From the human T2T-CHM13v2.0 reference genome, Homo sapiens: 64,000 nucleotides of DNA. The translations under genes and the position numbers were made by a program. The DNA lies in the NCBI RefSeq assembly GCF_009914755.1, contig NC_060930.1; one strand, 5' to 3'. Positions 1 to 12,946 of this stretch are shown here, one piece after another (within the stretch, counting starts at the first letter, position 1; each line of letters opens with the position of its first letter). The notes beneath the pieces are model-generated. The model saw only the letters and a list, made by a program, of their open reading frames with translations. It made no database searches and was not told where the DNA came from.

Positions 1-65
1 CAGCTCCTTCTGACGTGATCCTAGTAAGAGATGAAATAGCTCTTCTGCACAGATACCAGTCACAG
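1..65 (+). CDS. CALHM4: CALHM4 (FAM26D) penultimate coding exon, 3' part (5' part outside window)
   Basis: Frame from nt 3 reads APSDVILVRDEIALLHRYQSQ and ends CAG|gtaagt (donor at 66, phase 0); joins in frame to MLGW at 3538, giving the CALHM-family 'xQSQ-xLGW' junction. Confidence 0.9.
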
Positions 66-222
66 GTAAGTTTTTAGAATTTTTTTCCCTCTGCTATGTT
101 ATCCTATAGAACTACAGTCAATGGAAACATTTCAGATTCCTACTGCTTCTTATATTCTCTGATTATAGAACACAATACTAGATGCTGTTCATCAAAGTGA
201 GTTCTACTGAGCAAATATATAT

Positions 223-390
223 AGTTAGGATGTTGGGCTTTGGAGTCAGCAGAACTGAGTTTTAGTCTTGCTTTGCCACTTATTAACCTGCAAAACCTTG
301 AGTAAAATGGGGATATTCATGGCACCTACCACATGGGGCTGCTGTGGGGAATACATTACCAATATATCTGGAGTGTTTAATATGATTTCT
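223..390 (+). mobile_element. MIR SINE fragment
   Basis: gggctttggagtcag...ccacttattaacctg...gtaaaatggggata...cctacc core. Confidence 0.65.
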
Positions 391-1219
391 AGAATCTATA
401 TTAAGAACAATAGATTTTAGATGTTATGAATATTATTATTGCTATATTAGTAAATCCCATTTTCTGTATATATATATTCTTAAATATGCATTCTTATATA
501 TTACTATCTCATCTAAAATTATAAGAAGCTTAATTATGATGAAAAATAACTCCAGTTATGATTCTAAATTTGGTGTCTATGGATAGGTTTATGTCAGAAA
601 GTGAGGTGGGGTGGGAAGAAAGCCTGAACCCTACTACATTTATAGGTTGAATTTTAAAAGTGCTATTGTGCATTTTGTCAGTAGAAAGAGTGACACTGCT
701 GTCATCAATTTCTCCAAGGGATCTGAGGAAAAAACACATTTTGAAATCATCATCATATAGTAAAAACATGGCTTTTTAAAACTACTTATTGCAAAGGCGT
801 GCATATTTTTTGACTGGTAACCTTAGAGTTATTACATTTCAGAAATGCTAAAGTTATTTCGTTGGGAAAAGCTACTATCAAGACACAGAATATCAAGTTA
901 TTGCAATATGGCCCAGTTTTTAAAAAGTTAGAAATACCATTAGATATGCTCTGTCTTAACTTTTTTAATACTAGCCCTAATGCTCAGAGGAGCTATGTAA
1001 AAATATGTGAAAATTCAAAAAATCAATAGAAAAATTATAACTTAAAATAATTTTCTTGCTTAAGAAAAGCTAAAATGTAACACACATTGGTAAGATTTTC
1101 TTAAAGTCAAAACAAAATGTGTTATTAAACGCATACACAGATTTCTGTGAAAAGACAGTTTTACAGTTCTGAGTACCATTGCCAGTAGATTGTTTGGTTT
1201 TGTGACAACAAAGCTTACA

Positions 1220-1420
1220 TTTATTGATGTACTTATCACATACTGTATAAATATTTCATATCTTAATTTAGTCCTGATAATATTGAGAGACTGATATTAC
1301 TACCCCATTTTACAGATAAGTAAATCAAAGCTCAAAAAGTTTATGTAACTTGTATAATTCAGGGCTAATAAACTGGATCAAGATATCCCAAGATCATGCT
1401 ATTTCCATTTCACTAGGCCA
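1220..1420 (-). mobile_element. MIR SINE fragment
   Basis: ccccattttacagataagtaaatcaaagctcaaaaag, reverse MIR core. Confidence 0.6.
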
Positions 1421-1539
1421 TCTTCTGTGACTGTCTCAGTCACATTTCAAGAATATACATTATTTTTCAGTTAGATTTTTGTGAATTGACCACAAAATCA
1501 CCTTGAATTCAAATCTTTTCTTTGCCCATGCCCTATTCT

Positions 1540-2150
1540 AAAATATCTTCCTCACATTAACTTCACTCCATGTCAATCTGCCTTCTAGATATATGCCAAA
1601 AATATCTTTCTAAGTGCAAATTGAATGATGAGATCCCTTCCCTACTGCATATAAAGCCCTTCAGTGATTTTCTACTAGCCTAAGAACAAACCCACTTTCT
1701 TGGCATAACATGCAAGGCTTCAACATCTGGCCCTTGACCACTTTTACATGACTCCTATGAGCATGTGAGTCCAAATGTGTTGAGGTTCTGCCAACTATTC
1801 ATGCTATTTTCCTTTACCTTCTTAGAACTCTCTTTACCTTCTTGCATTTGATGAACTTCTTTTTAATAATTTAGGCTTTTGCATTATCTCCTCTGGGAAG
1901 TATTCCCTGATAATCCTTTCCCTTAAGTGAGTTCATTCCATTGTGCTTCCTCGGGTGCTCTGATTACTCATATCAAAAACTATCCCATTGTACCATATTT
2001 CTTGGATTGCTCATTTGTCTCCTTTTTTAGGCTTAAAAATTATAGAGAAAATGAATGCATCTTTAATTATTCACATCTGAGTTCCCCATAACCAAGCACA
2101 TGTATTACACATGGGGGAAGGTCAACCTGGAGCTCAGTAAATGATTGTTT
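1540..2150 (+). mobile_element. L2 LINE 3' fragment
   Basis: aaagcccttcagtgattttc...caaggcttcaacatctggccc...gctcagtaaatg, typical L2 3' end. Confidence 0.55.
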
Positions 2151-2640
2151 ATAGGTTAATGGGCATCTGAGATGGCTTTTCCTCCGCCATGCTGGCCTCT
2201 GTTTAGTTAAATGGTAATAAATACCACTTTGTAGGTTTTAGCCTCCGTAGAGTACAACTATCCCACTGTGCACACACTGGAAACTTCAGGCCTGTTGGTA
2301 AATCACAAGATGCAGAAGAGGCCTTCACTACCCAAGCTGTGGCTGCATACTGCTAGCGTCCCTAAATATGTGGAACTTACCTCTCTCACTTTACATAAGA
2401 AGTGCAAAATATTGAAAACAGTAAAATGAAAAGAAAAAAAGGATTCTAAGAATAGAAAACAGCCATTTGATTCAATCTTTAAAAGCCGACACTAAATAGT
2501 CTCAAAAACTAGTTCATTTTCCTTTTAAAGTATGTTTCAAAGACACATAATGAGACTGGTCAGCAAATGATTATTTGAGGACAAGGGAAATGAAAAGGAA
2601 AACAATATGTTACTACATGGCACAGTGACTATGCTATTCA

Positions 2641-2949
2641 TTTATTTTTAATCTTTTTTTTTTTTTTTTTTGAGATGGAGTCTCTCTCTGTCACCTGAGC
2701 ATTATTATGGCATGATCTGGGTTCAGCGCAACTTCTGCCTTCTGGGTTCAAGAAGTTCTCGTGCCTCAGCCTCCCGAGTAGCTAGAATTACAGGCATGTG
2801 CCACCATGCCCGACTAATTTTTGTATTTTTAGTAGAAATAGGGTTTCACCATGTTGGCCAGGCTATTCTCAAACTCCTGGCCTCAAGTGATCCGCCTGCC
2901 TGACCTCCCAAAGTACTGAGATTACAAGTATGAGCCACCACACCCAGCC
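2641..2949 (-). mobile_element. Alu (antisense) in CALHM4 intron
   Basis: Poly-T then Alu body ending cacccagcc; TSD ACTATGCTATT at 2628-2638 and 2951-2961. Confidence 0.95.
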
Positions 2950-3537
2950 AACTATGCTATTTATAATACATTTAGAAACATGAGTCTCTTCACTGACTTG
3001 CTTTTTAGCTGCAAAAGATAAGAGGAAAGTGCAATTCAGGAAAAAATATCAGTGAACACCTGTTGGTACATCATTGAAAATGCCTTAGAAGGTTACTATT
3101 ATTATGTATCATATCATTTTCATCACCATCATTATCAAATACTTATTAAACACCCAAAGAATGCATAGGCCTATAACTGATAGTTGAGAAGTAAGGTTGA
3201 ACTAAAAGCAAAGAAAGGTATGTATCATATGTAAGGTTAATTGGTGGGTTATAGCATCTGTCACTTCAAGGACAGTACTTAGAATCCATTCCAAGTTAAC
3301 TGGTCAAATTTCTTTGTAACTCAAAAACGAAGTTGAAATGGCTGGGCCTATGCCCTCCATCAGACCTATTTCCAAATCATATCATTAGCACGTTGTTGAT
3401 ATACTAAAGATGGGAAAAGCAAATTTTATGTCCATATTTTAGTTCTTAGGTTTGTAGGAATCCCCCCTCCCATGGCTGTTGCTTGAATATTTGATGCATT
3501 GATACTTCCTGTTTTTCTTTTTAATAATGATGTGAAG

Positions 3538-3924
3538 ATGCTGGGTTGGATTTTGATCACCTTGGCAACCATTGCTGCCTTAGTCTCCTGCTGTGTGGCA
3601 AAGTGCTGCTCTCCCCTCACCTCTCTGCAACATTGCTACTGGACCAGCCACCTCCAGAATGAGAGAGAACTCTTTGAACAAGCAGCAGAGCAGCACTCTC
3701 GGCTCCTCATGATGCATCGCATAAAGAAGCTATTTGGCTTCATTCCCGGGAGTGAAGACGTCAAACACATCCGCATTCCTTCTTGTCAGGACTGGAAAGA
3801 TATTTCAGTACCCACTCTTTTATGCATGGGTGATGACTTGCAAGGTCACTATAGCTTCCTTGGAAATAGGGTGGATGAGGATAATGAGGAAGACAGATCA
3901 AGAGGTATTGAATTAAAACCTTGA
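3538..3924 (+). CDS. CALHM4: CALHM4 terminal coding exon (TM4 + cytoplasmic C-terminal helix)
   Basis: Acceptor tgtgaag|ATG at 3537/3538; MLGWILITLATIAALVSCCVAKCCSPLTSLQHCYW...IKKLFGFIP...GIELKP-TGA, recognisable CALHM C-terminus. Confidence 0.93.
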   Translation: MLGWILITLATIAALVSCCVAKCCSPLTSLQHCYWTSHLQNERELFEQAAEQHSRLLMMHRIKKLFGFIPGSEDVKHIRIPSCQDWKDISVPTLLCMGDDLQGHYSFLGNRVDEDNEEDRSRGIELKP

Positions 3925-4159
3925 TTACAGCACCTTTCATGAGTCAGGTTGCTTAGCAGATACTTGGCTTTTATGGCTTTTATGATCAGGCCATTTCAAT
4001 GTAATCTCTTCATCTTTTTCTTTCTCTCTGATATTTGTTTACGTAAGTCCATCTCAAATATTATTTCTAAAATCAATCTATTAGATAATTGTGCCAATCT
4101 CTCATTTTGAAATTTTGCCAATGGTCTGGTAATGCCTAGAGTGGAATGTGAAGTCACAT

Positions 4160-4335
4160 GGAAATTTGCATCTTAGTTCTGTTACTTAGTAGCTGTGTGA
4201 AAATTAATATTTCTGAGTGCCATTTTGTCATCTGCACATTGTAGCTACCTCCTAGAGCTATTATGAGAATTAAACATGATAATACAAAGTGTTTAGCACA
4301 GTGTCTTTCATAAAAATAGATGCTAATGAATGTTA
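4160..4335 (+). mobile_element. MIR in CALHM4 3' UTR
   Basis: ttacttagtagctgtgtga...ttatgagaattaaacatgataa...gtttagcacagtgtct. Confidence 0.6.
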
Positions 4336-6813
4336 CTTTCTCTCTTTCTCTTTTGCATTCCATGTCTTCTATTCACCATTTTCCCTGCCTCTATTTTCTG
4401 GTTTTATCAGTTTCTACCTTTATATAATGTCCAGAACTTTTCACAGCCTCCCCCTCTTTCTTCAGACCTAAATATCTGACCTTTTGGGAAGCAGGACAGA
4501 AACCTCTTTCTAATCCAGTAACATGTGAGGGAGAAGCCCATGCAGGAAGCTCTTGAGTTACTGTACTATAACCTGGGGACAATGATATATTATTTATCAT
4601 TATTAGTATCATGTTATTTGTAGCACCTCCATACTAGGAGCATTTTTATGGCCACTACATATAAAGTTTCTTCTAGAAAGCTTCTCCACTGTGCTCTACT
4701 CCAGAGATACCATTTGTACCTTTTCATTACCAAATTGCACCTTTGCACTCAAAATCCATTTGTGAAACCAAAACTGCAGTCTGTACTTGTATATCCATTA
4801 TCTGTAACTACAAAAGAGGATAATTCCTGCTTGGTGTTGCTCTGCCTGGCTTTACTAAATGCAGCCTACAGTATCTGGACAATTTTCTAATTTATCTAGA
4901 TTATTTCTGTGATATATAGTGACTCGTGCCTGATTTTTGCTACGTTCACTGAAGCAACTTGCTCATTAGCAAAAATAAGTTGTCTGAGGGCATTCTGTCT
5001 ATTTATTTCTTCAGTCAAAACAATGCTTACTGGACAGTGGACCAACTGCCAATAGTCAATCCAATTTTCAAGATTCACTTTCAAGGAGACCAAGGAACTT
5101 GACTATACTATCTAAAATGCAATCAATTACTTGGTAATCTACTTTTACACAATTATGGAAGGTTTTATTTTCTATAAAGTTCTGGGTCCTTGAACTTAAT
5201 AGGAAGAAGCAGAAAATGAATTTTTAAGAAATCAAAATGTTTTCAGGTTTTGTTTTGTCCTTCAATAAGAGACTGCATATTGTAGCTCTTTGCTGGGACA
5301 GGAGAACTGTCCTGCCCTCACCATTACTCATCTGTCATTTGACCTTGGACAAATCAGTCCATCTCTCTGGACCCTGGATTTTTTTCATCTATACAATAAA
5401 AGGGATGATAATATTTTACCTCTTGGAAGAAAATAACTGAACTAAATAACTGCTTAAGGTCTCTTTTACATCAAGTACGATTTTTATGTTTATGTTTATA
5501 TATATATACAGGTCAATATGCATACATCTTTCTGAAATGGTAGTAGACCCACGTTGCTTCTCTTGGAAGGAAAATGTCCCCAACTCTGAATCTGAGCTTT
5601 CTCTGAAAACATTTACTGGCATTCCACTTTTAAAAGAATGTTAATGTACTGATCTTTTTCAAGTCATCAAGGAAAGCCATTCCAGTTTGTCTACTAACTC
5701 TACACTCAGTACTGATATGACATTACATGAAGGATGTTAAAAATACAAATAGAAGTATGTTGTGGAAGGCAACTAGGGTTCTAGTTCCACACTGATACAA
5801 ATGAACTGTGTAAATATGGAATGTCACATCCATTTTGTTCCCTAAGGTCTGCTCCAGTTCTAAAATTCTGTTCCTATATAACTGATAATTTTTTATATTC
5901 TTCTGTATTGGAACATACTAGTTAAATGAACACTTTCAACCATGCTCAGAATTAGTTTATTAGTTGTCAGGAACTATACCACAGTAAAGACTCTTCAATA
6001 AGATTTTCGGTTAACAACAAAATCAAAGAATATTTGAAGTTATAGCATTACATCATCAGAAAGAAGATTAATAGTTGTTTATACCCTAATACCAGGAAAC
6101 TATTTCCACTAGCTTCTGAAGCCCTTCTACATCAAACTCTTTTAGTGTATGATGTAAAAATTTTATATTTTGAGCCAGTTAATCATGATCTTCCCCTATA
6201 ACTTTCTGGCAAAGGATTCTAAGTATTCGTTGGCTCTTCTACATGGCTTCAGAATGATTTATAGCATCTATGTGAACATTTAAAAGGTAGTACACACCCC
6301 TGGGATTTCATCTTACAGTACATTATCTATCTCAGATCAAATAAATGGAATTTTTAGTATTTTGGGGGGGGGAGGCTATGGTCTATAGCATTTTTTTGCT
6401 CCACAGCTAGTTAAATGAAACTTTTTCATTAAGAACATGGTACTCCCTCCCCTTTATGCTTAATGGATTTATGTAATTATAAAACATATAATTAAAGTCA
6501 ATTATGTGCTAATACTACTTTATATTTTGCTACCAAATGCTTTTGGCTACCACATCAAACCCTGGAGCTTGACATATATAAACCTGCTCCTTTCTTAATT
6601 TCATTAGCTCCTCCACGGTCCCATCATGACCTAAGTTGCCACCTTCCCAGGAGACAAATACAAACCAATGTGTAAATGTGTTTTACTCAGCTTTCTTTAT
6701 GTTTTCCAAAGCTGAATTGTAGAACCGCATTTATACTCTGTCCTTCTCTGTGTCTCTTTTCTCTGTTCTCAGTCTTCCATTCATTTTTTGTAGAAATTCT
6801 AATGCATGATTGT

Positions 6814-6819
6814 AATAAA
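6814..6819 (+). terminator. Candidate distal poly(A) signal of CALHM4
   Basis: AATAAA followed about 20 nt later by a GT/T-rich tract (tttgctagttgttttcttgcatttggtttg); other candidates are ATTAAA 4269 and AATAAA 5395. Confidence 0.45.
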
Positions 6820-7284
6820 CAACAGTGAGATTTTGCTAGTTGTTTTCTTGCATTTGGTTTGTATCACAAAGGGACATCACATTAATCCTATAAAAGTTTG
6901 AAGTATCATGGCCAACCAAAGGCCTTCTGAATGCAAGACTAGGTAGATATTTGCTATCTTGAAAACATAAGGTGTGGAGATACAACTTTAACTTCTAAAT
7001 AGAGTCTACAGAAATTTAGTACCAGTCAATAAAGAACAGATACTGGCAGGCTGAAGAGCGTAGACTGCTACGCAACTGGCTTCTTGAGCTGGGGGGCGTA
7101 AATCCATAAATGTGACGTCTGGACCGAAGAGCAATAAATGGTATTTCCAGAGAGGCAAACTGTAGTATTCCTGACCTGATTATTTTTCTGCAGTAACAAC
7201 CAAGTATGATTAAGCTTCTGTAATTTCAGTATACCAGAACTTCAGGAACAAAACAAAACGCATGGATTTCAAGTATGGTTTCCT

Positions 7285-7304
7285 CTGCTGCCACCCAGTG
7301 GTCA
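7285..7304 (-). promoter_or_regulatory. CTCF motif
   Basis: Reverse complement TGACCACTGGGTGGCAGCAG closely matches the CTCF core CCACYAGRKGGCRS. Confidence 0.6.
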
Positions 7305-8251
7305 AAACAGGTGTCTGCACCCATCTGTGGTGACAGTAGTAGTAGCAAAAACAAGTAGTGCTCTCTGTATGCCAGTAACTTTTAACAAATTATCCTAGTT
7401 ACACCTTTGGACACGTGACAAATAGTCACCCATTAGAAAGTAACTTGCTGAAATGATATTAAATAACATTAATTCTTTATTAATTCATTGAGTAACTGAG
7501 ATACAGAGAAGTAATTGAGATACAGAGAAATCAAGCAATGTGCCAAGGGTCACGTAAGGGTTGAAGCCAGAATCCACCCCTGGACCCTGCACTCTGCAGC
7601 ACTGTGCTGGAATACAGCAATGAGGTACGTTATCAATCTTCCAAGGCCTTGTAGGTGTTAGGAGGATATCCCTAATACTTCTGTCGATGAATAACTGAAA
7701 CATCCTGGGCTCTGACCGTGTGTTGCCATATCACGTAAGTCGCTCTCTTTCCACCTAAATCATACCTGCATACATCAGGGCCCACTTTCAAGGCACTATG
7801 CTTCTTAGCAAAGTGACCTGTCCACTCTCACTGGGGCATAACATTGGACCTGATCTCCCCAACAGCCAGTGGCACTGATTCTATTAGCCGCAGACTAACA
7901 ACAAACCTGCTCTGGAGTATCAGGTATTCTCTTTCTCATGCATGGCATGGGCATGGCACTACTGTAATCTGTCCATTTATTTTCAGTAGGCCATAGTTAT
8001 GAAGTGTCAAAACAGGGATCAGGAAAACACCATCTCCTATCATTTATGTTGTCTTGCACAAGCCAGCCTCTCTGGGACTTCAATTTTCCCCTCCACGAGA
8101 AAGGAGAGGGTGGTTAAATTGCAAAGGTGGTTGATTAAACCATTTTGAATCACAGACCCCTTTGACGAGCCATTCTGGGGAAGCTGTTCTGAGGACATAT
8201 CCAGTACATACACATAGACACCAGCTCACATACCTCAGAGTTCTCAATACC

Positions 8252-8820
8252 GTGGTAGGCTAAATAATGGCTCCCTGAGGATGTCCATATGCTTATCCCT
8301 GGAACCTGTGAATGTGACTCAATATGGCAAAAGAGACTTTGCAGATAGATCAAGGTAAGGATTTTGAGATGTGAAGATATAATCCTGGATTTTCTAGGTG
8401 GGCCCAATGTAATCACAAGGGTGCTTATAAAAGGACTGTAGGAGGAATCCGAGTCAGAGAGAAGGCAAAGTGACAACAGAAAAGGAGTGTCAAAAAATGT
8501 CGGAGTTACGCAGCTTGAGAAAGACTCTATCAGCCATTGCTGGCTTTGAAGATAAGGGGGTCATGAGCTAAAGAATGTGGGCAGTCCCTAGAAACTGGAA
8601 AAAGCCAGGAAATGGACTCTCTCCAAGAGCCTCCAGAAGGAACACAGCTCTGCTGACACTTTGCTTTTAGCCTGCTCAGAGCTGTGTCTGACCTGTGCCA
8701 GAAAAGTAGTAACTACATACTGTTCTTTTAGTTACAGAACTATAAAATAATACATTTGCAGTGTTTTAAACACTAAATTTGTGGTAATTTGTTACAGTGG
8801 CAATAGGAAGCTAATATACA
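8252..8820 (+). mobile_element. MLT1 (MLT1C/D-like) MaLR solo LTR
   Basis: gtggtaggctaaataatggctccc...atccctggaacctgtgaatgtg...ggtaatttgttacagtggcaataggaagctaatataca. Confidence 0.85.
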
Positions 8821-10583
8821 AGCCAATACACTTCAGGAGCTTATGAGCCCACAAGCCTGTTGAATGAGACTCCCTGGATTAAGACCTCTAGGTCATTTCT
8901 AACACAAGCATCCTGATTCTATATGTGCTGACACTCTGCCTTGGGCAAAACTGTTGCTCCTGGAAAACAAATATATCTATAATATAATATTTTATGAATA
9001 AAATACAATGTGCTCTAATATTTTACAGTGTGCTAAAGTGCAGAAAGAGCTGAATATAAACTTCATAGGCATTTGTGGATGTTTTACCTTAAGCTGCAAA
9101 TAAACATTTAAATATATTTTTCTTCTGTAGTTGTCAGTTAGTGGCATCAACAGAACTATTTACTATAAATTATTTCATAATGTAGACATATGCTAGCATT
9201 TCAAATGTGAGAAAGCAAATGTGAAAGCACAATCAATCAATCTCTGGATCTACATGGTGTTTTATTGATTGCACAAATTTCATAAGTCGATAATAGGTGA
9301 CCTATTATTGATAAGTTTATGCCTGCCGTCATTCTTTCATGTTGAAATAACTTGAATTTGGAAAAGCTGCCTACAAAATAAGCATCTTTAGTCCAATGAT
9401 GATTTAATAGATCCTATGCTGTCCTGTGAGACAGGTTTATATTTCATGGGGAAGATAATGCAAAAAGCAAAATTCATCCAAGTTATTACTGGCAGAGCTA
9501 GAATAATAATTTAATATGCGATTCAGTACTGCGCGCCATCAGGGAGCCTGATGTTTTGAGCTCCTTCTAGGAAATTGTCTGGGGCTCATTGGCATGGGGT
9601 GCCCTGAGCCAGACCAGACTGCGGGGACCCGTTTCTTCCCTTCCCCACATCCCTACACTCTTCGACCCTCTTCCCACAGCATGGCATGCCGGGGTGTTCT
9701 AGCTGGAAGTGCCAGCTCCCACCTGCAGCCCTGGAGCCGGCGAGGTGGTGGCAGCAGCAGGTCCTTTCCTTGGTGTGCCGCTGCACTGGGCCCAGGGTGG
9801 TCTCCACTGTGTGCCGCGGATCAGGCTGTCCTCTGGGGTGGTGTGTCTACTACCAGTTCTCTGATGGCTTTTGAGGGGCCTTACAGATTGCTGTCCCTTT
9901 CTGGCTTCAGATCAGTGTTGTGAATCTGTGCTCTCTTGGGCTGGTCAAGGACATTCCCTGCACTGGAATGGAACTGCTTATCTGGCACCACCCTTAGGAC
10001 CTTCTCCCTTCTTCCCACTTGGTGGCCAAGTGTAGAAGGTGCGGTGCAGCGACATTAAAAGAGACATCGTTTTAGGAATGCAGTGATTATGGCCTAAGGC
10101 ATTCAAGAAAAGACATAGTTGGAAGATGTGTAGTAAATTTAACTGACTGGAAAATAACCATTCCCATTTTCCTGCATACTTTGGGTAAAATTTCCATTTG
10201 TGGTCATCAATAAAGAACATTCTTTGAGAAAGACTTTGGAAGCCAGTATTCAGGAGCAGCAGGATGAATGACGCAGCTTAACGAGTAATGATGTGACCAG
10301 CATTACAAAAAAAGGTATTGGGATACTGCAGAGGCAAGAAGAACGATTTTGTTTTGCTAGAAATGACAGTGAGCCACGGGATTGTGTGTAGAAGCACTGC
10401 TTTTTTTTTTTTTTTTTTTTGTTCTTCTAAATCATGGTGAGAGATATGAAATTAGACAGTAGTGCATTTGACAATAAAGAACATGAAGAGATGGCTCTTC
10501 TTCCTGAATAGAAAGAGATGGTGCCTGGACACTATAGAGAATCTTCAGACAAACTGATTAAACAAAAAGAAATGTATATGTAT

Positions 10584-11911
10584 TGTCACAGGCTCCTTCA
10601 GGTGCTGCTTTACCAGCTGGAAACCTCTGTGGCCAGTGGTACCTCTACTTGAGTTTTGCTTGTTCCTGCTGGACTCGTTCAGCCCACTTGGCCCAGCAGG
10701 CCGTGCTCGCTTGTGCTACCGGCCCAGATCCTATGCCTGCGGAGAGTGAACCAGGCGCGGAGCGGCAAGGCGTGTGTGAGCGAGCAAGTACGGGGTCCGG
10801 CCACTGTACACAGCAAGCATGCCGGCTGCTGCAGCGGGGTGGGTAGCTGCCGCAGCGGGGCGGGTAGCTCCTGGCACCGTCACCGAGCGAGACTGCGGCG
10901 GGACCAGGCATACCGCAAGCAGCTTCCACTGTAGACACGAGTGTCTGGACGAGGGGAACGCGGTGGCACCCAAAAACTCAGAGATTCCAGGAACCACAGA
11001 GCTCCAAAGAGGGTGTTACAATGTGTCACAGCCCTGGCTCAGGGAGCCCCGAGGTCTGTGCTTCCAGAATGGCCACAGCTCTTCTCTCCCTCTTGTCATC
11101 TGCAGTGTGGGCAGCGGGGATGGGGGCCATGTTTGAGGGAGTGTATTTCAGCCCCTTGGTGGTATAGGTCTTTCAGTCTCAACACCCCGCTCTGGCCTGG
11201 CCCTGCGGCTGCTTTCGGTCATATGGGGCAGCCGCCCTGCACTAGCAGAGGGTGGGAGGACTATAGTGTTAAAGCTCTGGCTTGGGGACTCCCAAGATCT
11301 AGGTCCCCAGAAGGGTTGCCACTCTTCCTTCCTGCAGTCTGGGAGCATATCACCGCCCACAGCTCAGCAAGCAGGCCAGGAACATGTCACAGCCCCTTTA
11401 GCTCCCGCCTGCAGTTCAGCAAACCGGCCAGAAAAGTGTTACAGCTCCTTTTGCTCCCGCTGTTCGGCAGGTCCTGAGTTCTTGTCCTTCGTCCAGAAAG
11501 AATGAGGTTATGCAGAAAACTGGAAGGTAAGCAAGGCAGAGAAGAGCTTTATTGGGTGACCGAACTGCGCCCAGCGAAGAGGACACCCAAAGTGTGCAGC
11601 TACCAACTGCAGGCAGGTAGTTGCCATGAGTGTCTAAGCCGGCCTCAGTCCAGCGGCTTTTATGGGCTCAGAATGCAGGAAGACCATGCTGATCGGTCCA
11701 TGGACAGGAGGAAATGCATGCTGATTGGCCCATGGGTGAGCCACTTAATTGGTCCAAAGGTATCAAGGAAAATCTCACTCCAGGTTAGGGACTTCACCTG
11801 GAACTGGTAGCCCAGCCCCTAGGCTTCAGGCTGTCCTTGGCTTGAAGATGGAGTTTCACTGGGGACTTGCCCCTTCCCACCTAGGAACCTATCTACCTCC
11901 AGCTGCCATCA
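10584..11911 (-). mobile_element. MER52-family ERV1 solo LTR
   Basis: TGTCA...CCATCA termini, GC-rich MER52-like body, 4-bp TSD gtat/gtaa; explains the overlapping GC-rich ORFs at 10.6-11.9 kb. Confidence 0.8.
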
Positions 11912-12589
11912 GTAATTTTCTATTATTTATTCCAAATCTTCATCAATAAGTCATTATATCTTACAAGGGCCCATGAGTTTTAAAAATACATTTGTAAATA
12001 CAATTAAATAAGATTGTTTATAGAGACAGGGACTGCACAATAAAATTTTGCCACCAAGACACTACTTACCTTAGGGGTAACCCCAACTCAACCCTTCACT
12101 GTATTTCCTTGAAGGAAGCCAGAGAATTGATGACTTACATTTAAATTTTTCATTTTAACTGTTTTCTTTCTATACATTTAAAGTCATTTCTATTGCATTT
12201 CACTAACCCTATCTTCTATACCTCTTTTGCTCCTTTGTTTTCTTCTCCCCATGCCTCAATCCTTTTCACATCCAAAGCAAAGGTAGGGGTTTGTGGAGAG
12301 TGGTGAAGAGGGAGAGGAAAAGAGGGAGGAAGAGGAGGAAAGTCAAAGAACATCAAAATGGTTATTACTAGGGTAAGAGGAAAGGAACATGTACAAACTT
12401 TATTTCTTGTCTTCCCACCTTATACTTTGTTCTTACATGCAAGGCAATGCTGGAAGTGTAGCTCACTTAGACCTAGCGTTGTCTCTGCTTTGTTGTTGCC
12501 CAGAATTGAGGCCCCTATCTGTTATATGGTTCAAGAACATTAGCATCAAGGCTGTTAGAAGAAAAACAACTCCATGCATAAATACTACT

Positions 12590-12946
12590 TGTATGAGTTC
12601 GTTTTCACACTGCTATAAAAAAACTACCTGAGACTGGGTAATTCATAAATAGGTTTAATTGACTCACAGTTCTGCATGGCTTGGGAGGCTTCAGGAAACT
12701 TACAATCATGGCAGGAGACAAAGGGGAAGCAAGGCACGTATTACATGGTGGCAAGAGAGACAGTGGTGAGGGGTGGAGGAAGTGCCACACTTTTAATCCA
12801 TCAGATGTTGTTAGAACTATCATGAGAACAGCAAGGGGATTTTCACCCCCATGATTCAATCATCTCCCACCAGACCCTTCCCCTGGCACATGGGGATTAC
12901 AATTCAAGATGAGATTTGGGTGGGGACTCAGAGCCAAACCATATCA
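12590..12946 (-). mobile_element. MSTA-like MaLR solo LTR
   Basis: tgtatgagttcg...ccaaaccatatca; perfect 5-bp TSD CTACT (12585-12589, 12947-12951). Confidence 0.9.

Noticed and set aside
10583-11949. Many overlapping GC-rich ORFs up to 178 aa
   Set aside because: All lie inside the MER52 LTR; high GC makes stops scarce and no protein motif is recognisable
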